Assembly: GCA_002633005.1 (NCBI GenBank)
Contig: NMRA01000238.1
Span: 1 to 64,000 of the forward strand
DNA from: Phoronis australis
Lineage: Eukaryota > Animalia > Phoronida
Direction of reading: 5' to 3'
Length of the DNA stretch: 64,000 nt
This document shows, in pieces, positions 54,201 through 63,200 of this stretch (positions are counted from its first letter, which is position 1; the number at the start of each line of letters is the position of its first letter). A program made the translations under genes and the position numbers. The notes beneath the pieces are model-generated. The model worked only from the letters and a program-made list of their open reading frames with translations. It was not told where the DNA came from and made no database searches.

Positions 54201-57200
54201 TTGAGCACGCCAAACTTGGGCTCCGTCACCAAGTAATCATTCGCCTTCTCCCAATTGCCACCAGGGGCACGCTTTTCCACCGCGTAACCCTTGATCTTAC
54301 CACCACCCGTGTTGCGAGGTGGATCCCAGGTCAGGTCACAGAAGTATCGACCAATCCTGTCTGCCCGCGGTGTGCTAGGCACCCCAGGTTTCACTTAAAT
54401 GAAAAGAGCCAGTAATGAAGACGGGATGGCACGGATGAAAAAATGGGTTAAAGTTATGTAAAAAAATAAATCCATCAATTGGTGTAGACGAAAAACTGGG
54501 ACTGCTCTAAAGAGCCAACATGGGAAGACCATACCGTCAGACTGGTACAACATTTAAAACAACAGTGCGTCAAACAAAAATGACAAAAAGTTTGGTTCCA
54601 ATAATTACATGAAAATTCAATATTACATTGACTTTCTTGAAAATATTACATAGAATGGAAGAAAGAGAGAAGCAGGTATACTCTTTGTAATGACTGATCT
54701 AGCACGTGTATTATGAGAACTACTCTTTGTAATGACTGATCTAGCACATGTATTATGAGAACTACTTACTTACCACAACTGATGTTTTTAATTGGCTTTT
54801 TTGAGATTCTGAAAAGTTCAACTTATGTATCTCCATACGAGCGTGTACAATATACATACCCACTTTAGGTCTAATCTTAACCAATCCTGTGCTAGAACTT
54901 GGCTCACTGAGACCTGCTTGGTTCTTTGCGCGCACTCGGAACTCATATTCCTTGTCAGTCGTCAGACCATCAACTGCAAATGGAATTAAAATAATGGAAA
55001 TATTAGAAGATGTCTGTGATGTTGATCAAATGCCATGAGCCAAAGATGAACTGTTTAATTGTACCAATTTTCCATAAACGCCTCATGGGTTAAACACCAT
55101 GTCAAGAAATATGCTAATTGAGCTTATTAAAGTGAACAACAGTTTTGGTGCAACATTCATTCTTAGCCTGTGATAGAGCTGAAGGGGTCAAATTTTGGGT
55201 GGCAATTGTCATCACCAACATTAAAGATATCCTTTGAGATGACAGACGAATTCTTGTTTTCGTATAGAAAATGTCTCTGAGATAATTTCGTACAGTTAAA
55301 TGACCTAGCTTTGATTTTTGTTTTTTCAGAAAGCATAACAGATGGAAATGCATAGGTTTAAATGTTTTCAGTTCATTGTTCCTAAGAACAAAATATTAGC
55401 ATAATTCCAGAAATCACTTTTTCATTAAATCCAGGTTTTCATTCACTCCCCTGCATACACTCACAAGTAATACCGACCCCACAGGGGTAGGAGACATCAT
55501 GTGCAATGCTTGATGGTCTGCCAGTAAAACCATAATTTAAACCAGAGTCCCACAAATGGGAGTTCGAAGACCGGAGTTCAAACCACTGAGCAGCACCGTC
55601 TCCCGCCCTCAGCATGTGCTCACCGGTAAAGTTGGGCTCTCTACTCACAGGTGCTTACCGGTATAGTTGGGCTCTGTACACACAGGTGCTTACCGGTATA
55701 GTTGGGCACTCTACACACAGGTGCTTACCGGTATAGTTGGGCTTTCTACACACAGGTGCTTACCGGTATAGTTGGGCTCTCTACACATAGGTGCTTACCG
55801 GAATAGTTGGGCTCTCTACACACAGGTGCTTACCAGTATAGTTGGGCTCTCTACACACAAGTGCTTACCGGTATAGTTGGGCTCTCTACACACAAAGTCG
55901 TTGGCATTCTTCCAGCGCGTACCATCCTTTGGCTTCATCTCGATCACGTAACCTTGAATCTTGTTGCCGCCATTATTGCGTGGGCGGTCCCACACCAACG
56001 TCACCTCATCTAAGTCCATATCATCAATCTTCAGATTGCCAGGGGCATCCGGAACACCTGACGGGAAATACTCAAGTTGGATACTGTCAACCATTAAATG
56101 GAAAACAATGACTTGCTAATCCTTCTAAGAGAAATGACCTTTAATGTTTCAATGAATTCTTTACAGTCGACCAAAACACAAATTAAAAAAGTAAAACACT
56201 AATAAGTTCAAGTTGCCTCAAAAACTTTTTTGTTTAGCTCATAACCAGAATTACAATTCATGTGCAAGTCATGAAGTTGAGCTCAAACACACCGACATAC
56301 ACACCACGCTCATACCAGGGACCAGTCAATGTTTATTAAAAAAAGTAAAGGACACACAGGGGTCCATCTATAATTGAATTTATTTTGGTCGCAATTTTTT
56401 TAATGCATAAACTTTTCCAACATAAAATATTCATTGATTTCTTTTTTAAGCAAAGGTAAACAAGGGGTTACTTTTCTTAATCGCATGTAATGCGCAATTT
56501 TACCAGGCAAATCATCCATCTTTTCAAAAAATACATTCATAGAAATCAATTTAACGCCATTCCTGTTTTATCTAAAATCCAATTTTGAAAAAAAAGTAGC
56601 CAGGCCAATTTTGAATTCCACAGTATCAATTCCTGATGATATGTCTTAACAAGCAAACAAGCCTCCACCACTCACTGAACTGATGGTCAGCAGTTATATC
56701 CTTCTCTGTCTCCAAGGGATCACCAACGCCATGCTCATTTTCAGCCATTACACGGAACTTGTACTTGTGACCCTTCTTGAGGTCATTCACCTCGTAGTCC
56801 GTGCCGCGTATGAATTTACTGCACGGCTCCCATTGGCCCGAAGCCACGTCCATCTTCTCTACGCGATAGTTGGTGACGTTGGCGCCACCTGTCTCCTAAG
56901 TGGCAAAAACAAGGTCAAGATTTTTGAAAGTAGAAAATAATTCAATCTTGTGTACAAGCAAGAAGCCAAACAACTGTGATTAAATCCTTGTAATGAAGAG
57001 TAGCATATCTAACTCATAAGAAGTCCAGCAATTAAGAGTCACAAATCTTACTGTACAAGTAAGATCCCAAACATTTAAGATTTACCTAACTTCAAGCAAG
57101 AGACCTAAATATAAAGGTTCACCTGGAAGTGTGTAACTGGTACATGCACAGTAACATAGATTACTTTGTATTAATTCTTTATATTATTTTGTATTATCTT

Positions 57201-60200
57201 GTATTTCTTCTTCGCCTTTCTAAGTCAAGACAATTTCACTCAGTTGCTCACATCAACTAATGCTGATTTCGTAAATATTAACCTTTTACATTACATTAAA
57301 AGAAAAAAATTGTAAAAGTACATAATTAGAATTTGTAAAATCTAGTCTGGGATTTCAGCCTTGGATAAAAATGTTCATATCTATTCTACAGAACAAAAAA
57401 CACCCATGCACAACTACTGCGTAATGTCACAAAAAGTGTGTAACCATGGGTAACTACTGCGTAATGTCATAGTGTAACTACGGCTAACTACTGTGTAATG
57501 TTACAGTATAACCATGGGTAATAACTGTGTAATGTTACAGTGTAACCATGGGTAAATACTGTGTAATATTAAAGTGTAACCACGGGTAACCACTGTGTAC
57601 TGTTACAGTGCGTAACCACGGTTAACTACTGAGCAATGTTGCAGTGTGTAACTGTGGGTAACTGCTGTGTAATGTTACAGAGTAAACACGAGTAACTACT
57701 GTGTAATGTCACAAAAAGTGTGTAACCATGGGTAAACACTGTTTAATGTTACAGTGTAACCATGGGTAACTACTGTGTAAAGTTAGAGTGTAAACACGGG
57801 TAATTAATGTGTACAGTTACAGTGTGTAACCACAGGGTAACTACTGTGGGATGTTACAGTGTGTAACTATCACTGGGAAATTACTAATTGCCTTTCCAAC
57901 GCTGGAGCTCAAATGAAATTCATATGAAAGTGCACTGAAATTTTTCTAATAGGAACTTCTCAAAACTAAATTGGCTTACCAGTGGTGGTCGCCAAGACAG
58001 CTTGCAGGAGTCAGGGGTGATTTCAGAGACATCTATTGGTCCCACCGGTTTAGCAGGGGCAGCTGAGAACAAATGCAAAAAAATAATGTGTGAATTCAAA
58101 TACAAATACACTTCAAGAATTTCAACAAGCAAAAGATGGACTTTAAATAATTATGGTTTACGTAAATTTTGATTATTGGCATTCTGGCAACTGATGACAA
58201 CTACAGGAATGAACTATGGTGAAATAAACGAGCGTTATGAGAAATGACACTTGGTCAAGTCAAATGAAAAACTTAGAAGTGAAACGGACCATGAAAGCCA
58301 GCAGACCAAACACATTTGCCTCAAGTTATACACAAGATGTGTGAACATTTGATGATCAGATGTCAAATGGGTCCTGTAAGACAAGTATGATAGACCAACA
58401 AAAGTACAGCAAAGAATTAGTCAATGAAAGAACAGTCATCTGATCAGTAAATCTCAAATATTTTGAGAACAACGAATTGAAGTGAGAAACGGATGGCATA
58501 CTGTAGTTAGCGCTAGCGAGATCTATTCACATGCCACAGACACGGGAGATTCAACACGGCAAAGTGATTTGATCAATAAAAGAGGAATTATCGGAAAACC
58601 ACAAATAACTTGATAATGGTAAACCATAGCAAAGCATAATATAGACAATGCTTAAAAATTCCTGCAGTGACAGCAGAGCTTTGGTTCCACAAAGCAAAAA
58701 AAAATTAAAAAGTGTCCATCACTGCGCTGCCTAATTTCAATTAAAATAGCCTTGAGCTATTAACAAGATGCATTTTTGTTAGATTTTATGCTGACTGGCC
58801 AAAAGTGCGACCTGTAGGGTAGGAACAAAGAAACAAATGAACTAACAAACCTTTTCATGACAGAATAACACACTAATCTGTATAAACTAAATTTTGATGA
58901 ACAGAAGATATGATTCATAAGCTTAATTAAATGTAATCAACAGGTAGACAGTAAATAATAAAAGTATTACGTAATTGTGATTTAAAAACTTAAAGTTGTT
59001 TGTCAAACTTAAATGGCAGTTAACTTCAAAGTGCAAAATGCAAAAACGTACAAGGCTGTAATTTAAAAAAGTTTCCAATTCTACTAACACGGTTGAATTG
59101 ATGAAACTTATTCTGTGTTATAAATTTGTGAAAACAAGGTAAAAATTCTCTTGAAAGAAACATCTTGTTTTTAACAAGGTATAGTCACTTGATGACTGAC
59201 AATAGTCTTATTGAATGGACACTCACAACAAATGATGACGTTGACAACAGCTGAGACGACTCCTTTCTCGTTCTTCAGTTGGACGTTGTACTTGCCAGCG
59301 TCCTTCTTGTTGGCGCACTTGTTGGTCATCACAACCTCTGTTGGTGTGTTGGAGAATGAGATACGGTCGTCAGGGTAGACTTGGCTCACACCCTGAAGGA
59401 AATGTTACTGGTGTGTAATGAGGATTGAAATAAGGGTTTTAAAGATCAAGGGAGTTACTTATGGTGATCTCATATAAAGAGACTTTTGAAGACCACGTCA
59501 GGTACCAACTGCGATCTTAATATTTAAAAGAGTTTTGAAAACTATGGCAGTTCTCAACAATGATGTCACTTAATTTGACATCTTTAAGCATCAAATTAAA
59601 TATGATCGCAAACCCCAATGTTTTAACAAAACAGTGCACAGTAACACTGTGACTTATCCTTAATTTTCCTTTAAAACATAACAAAATCAAAACTAATCCA
59701 GAACAATAAATGCGATGAATAAACTGCTGTGAAGCTTCTGAATTATGAAATTTCAACAATTTTTCAAATAAATTCACTATCATTACAGTAGTGACGTAGA
59801 GATCTTCCTCATTGGACCCCAAATTTCCACAAAAATCCCCTACTCTCCAGCAGACCCCAGAACCCAGCTTGAAAACTCTGCAAACTGGACAAAAATACAG
59901 CAAGTTTTGGTACATCCAACAACTCTAGTAAATGCAGGAGAGTTCATCAAAAAGCAGATATTAAGAATTTTGAATTTGTCCCAAAATCTGCTTTGTTATG
60001 CCAAGAACAGTGAAGACAAGAGGAGATTAGCATCTATCAGTGAAACACTCACCAGATTCCAGGTGGTTTCTGGGATAGGATTGCCTGTGTAGGGTATGCT
60101 GACTTTGAACTCCTTGCCAGCTATGGCCGTCACATCAAAGTTGAGGTACTCTGGACTGATCTTGGGAATGGCTAAAATAAAGTACAAGTGTTTTGACAAC

Positions 60201-63200
60201 ATTTCAAAATGTTTTCAAAAGAGCTCAGGAATGTTCCACAGACACAAGAGTATGATGAAAAACAAGATAACAAGGACTCGCAAAACTGCAAAAGGCGACT
60301 TTCACAAGTATGCCCAAGACATTACTCATGTACATTAGCAAAATGATACCAAGTGAAGTGATTGTTCAGCAAGACTCAAATGTTGAATTATGGGACAGAA
60401 TTGTGTTCCAAAACAAATAATTTTTCCAGAATGCCTTGCATTTATAGAACAACACTGGTGCCAAAATGGCGCATGCCAACGTCATACTACTGAACACTGT
60501 TGCCTACAAGAATAGTCCACTTAAGCACAACCTACAGTATTGATGTACCTGCCAAGTATTTGGATTTGACTTTCGATCACACAACTGGTATTGTTAGAAT
60601 ATATGACCCAACCTCATTAGTAAAAAATTCTTAGGTTGCTGTGTTGAATAAGTATTTTCACACAGCCTTCAGCCTTGTGAAAATATTCACTCGGCACACC
60701 AAGGGAGGTTAATGACAATCACATATACAAAACAAGTGTAGTTTGATATTTTTATACCACATGGTACAGTTCTAATGCATTTTTGCCAACTCCTGTGCAA
60801 ATAACTGTGTCACATGACCGTACAATAAGCTTCTAATTAAACGGACATGTGACATACTTATTGCACAGGCGTATCCAGACGTATGTGGTATTGTAATAAC
60901 TGTTTATTCAGTCCAAAGTTGAACACTAACAACAATGATGTCTACGTACAAGGTGGTGCTCGCGCCTCAATGGGCACTGTGGCCTTGCTCCATGGGCTAG
61001 GTCCAGCCTCATTGACGGCACACACACGGAACTCATACTTGCGTCCATTGAGGAGTCCCTTGACTGTACACTCAGGGTCCAATACCTCCCCAGTACTCGC
61101 TCTGCAAGAATCACAAACACTTTGTTAGTTTCAAACAGGAAAACAGAAACACAAATAACACAAAACCTAAATGTTGAATGAGTAACAATTTTATTCTAAT
61201 GGTTATTTACTGCATTAAAAATTACGTTTTAACAACTTCTGTCAAGTAGCTTTAGATATGAAATTTTTGTGCAAATAACCATGTTATGCTAAATTAACAC
61301 TCAGTTATTTTGCATAAAGACAAATGGCAAAATTGTCATTTTTCAAGTTTTAAGATAGGATATCTTGCTACAAATGAGAAGTAAGTTTGTCAAATGTCAT
61401 ATGATGACATATATATGTCGAGAATGGTGAGTTTCCGTATTCACTGTATATGTTGTGAGACCTTAGAAAACAAAATTCTGCATGTCCACCATAATGTGCA
61501 GATGAAGAATTACAGCACGTGAACAGTACTAACAGCAGTCACGTCAGTTGAAAAATATCCTCACGTGACCAGAGCAACAAACTAATTCTGGCGGTTGGTT
61601 TTTCTATGGCCAACTTTTCAGAGACTATGTTTGTCATTATTTCCATTGCTACGTTCTACGCCTGGATATGAAGCTTCACTGACAAACAGTCTGTGTTCAT
61701 TATCGAACATTCAGTGATGCACATTGAGGGACATTCGTTCACGCAGTCTATGTTCATTGTAGGACTTTCGTTCACACACAGTCTATGTTCATTGTGGGAC
61801 ATTCGTTCACACACACTGTATGTTCAATATGAAACCCAAACTAGAATAAGATTTCACTTGTGTACTGTATTTATGTGAACATGAGGACCCCTGCCTTTCA
61901 TCTGACCCCCTTGATGGAACACACCCCATTTTTCCTGATGTGCGTCATTTTGTCATACTCCGAATTGTGCTGTCAAAAAATTCAAACACTGCTAAAATTG
62001 GACAACTCAGTTTGTGCAACATTGTGTTCCGAGGTTTAGATGTGAAGATAGGTACTAGATAAACTTACTTAGACCACTTGTCATCCCCTTCTTCCTTCTT
62101 CTCAACAATGTATCCAATGATGGGGTTACCACCGTCATTTCTGGGAGCGGCCCATTCCAGAGACACGGAGTCAGGGGTGGTTGTTGTACACTTGGGCACA
62201 CCAGGTGTATCCGGTGGGTCTACCAATAAATAGACAAGATGCAATTAAATTGAAATTGCAGTACATGTGTGGGGTTTACCAATAGATTAGATACAAACTG
62301 ATAATGCGCAAGGCCAGTCCTGCCAGTCCTGCCTCACAGTACAATGGGTCGGTGGTGTCCAGCAATAGATCCTCACACTACAATGGGCCGGGGGTGTCCA
62401 GCAATAGATCCTCACAGCACAATGAGTTGGGGGGTGTTCAGCAAAAGATAACATTACTAAGTGAGACTGCACAAGCACAACTCACAACTATGATGACTAG
62501 TTAATACTTAAAGGGGCACTTCATCAATGTTTAGCTGTCAATGTTGAATTTTTACAAAAACACTTTAGGGTAAAACATCACCAGACTCGTCCAATCTCTT
62601 GAATTGTTGTTCTTGTTGGTAACGGAAATCAAGTCCATTCATCAAGGTAAGGGATATTACAAGAAAGATTTTATGAGCTTTTCTGTTTTTAGCACCTAAA
62701 TACTGAGGAAACACAATTTTGATTACTTAATGGCGAACCTCCTCAGATTTGATTGTGGGAGATATTTTATGCACAATGCTTTCCCACCAAGGAACTAATT
62801 AAACAATTTATATGTCCTACCAAAGTGTTAGTTTAAAGTACATAAAACTACTGACATTTTCCAATTTAATTTCTCTTCCTGTTCCATGGCTTCACATTTT
62901 TCACAATTCTCAAAAATATTACAACAAATCAGTACTACTCACCAAATGGATGCCTTGCCAGTATGGCTGCCTCCGACTCCAACGGCTCACTGATACCAAA
63001 TTGGTTGACGGCACAGACGCGGAACTCATACCTGGTACCCTCCTGCAAGTTTCGGACATGACAGTGTGCGGCAGGTACAAAGCTGCTCACTTTGTTCCAC
63101 CTGGGGGCGCCCTCTACACGCTTCTCCAGAGTGTAGTTGGTGATGTCATCGCCACCATCGTCTTCAGGTGGTTTCCAGAACAGCTTCATAGAATCAGCCT

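Noticed and set aside
55616-55894. CRISPR-like appearance of ~35-bp repeats (also 12675-12879, 57410-57870)
   Set aside because: Head-to-tail units with no unique spacers, no cas genes, eukaryotic intron context.
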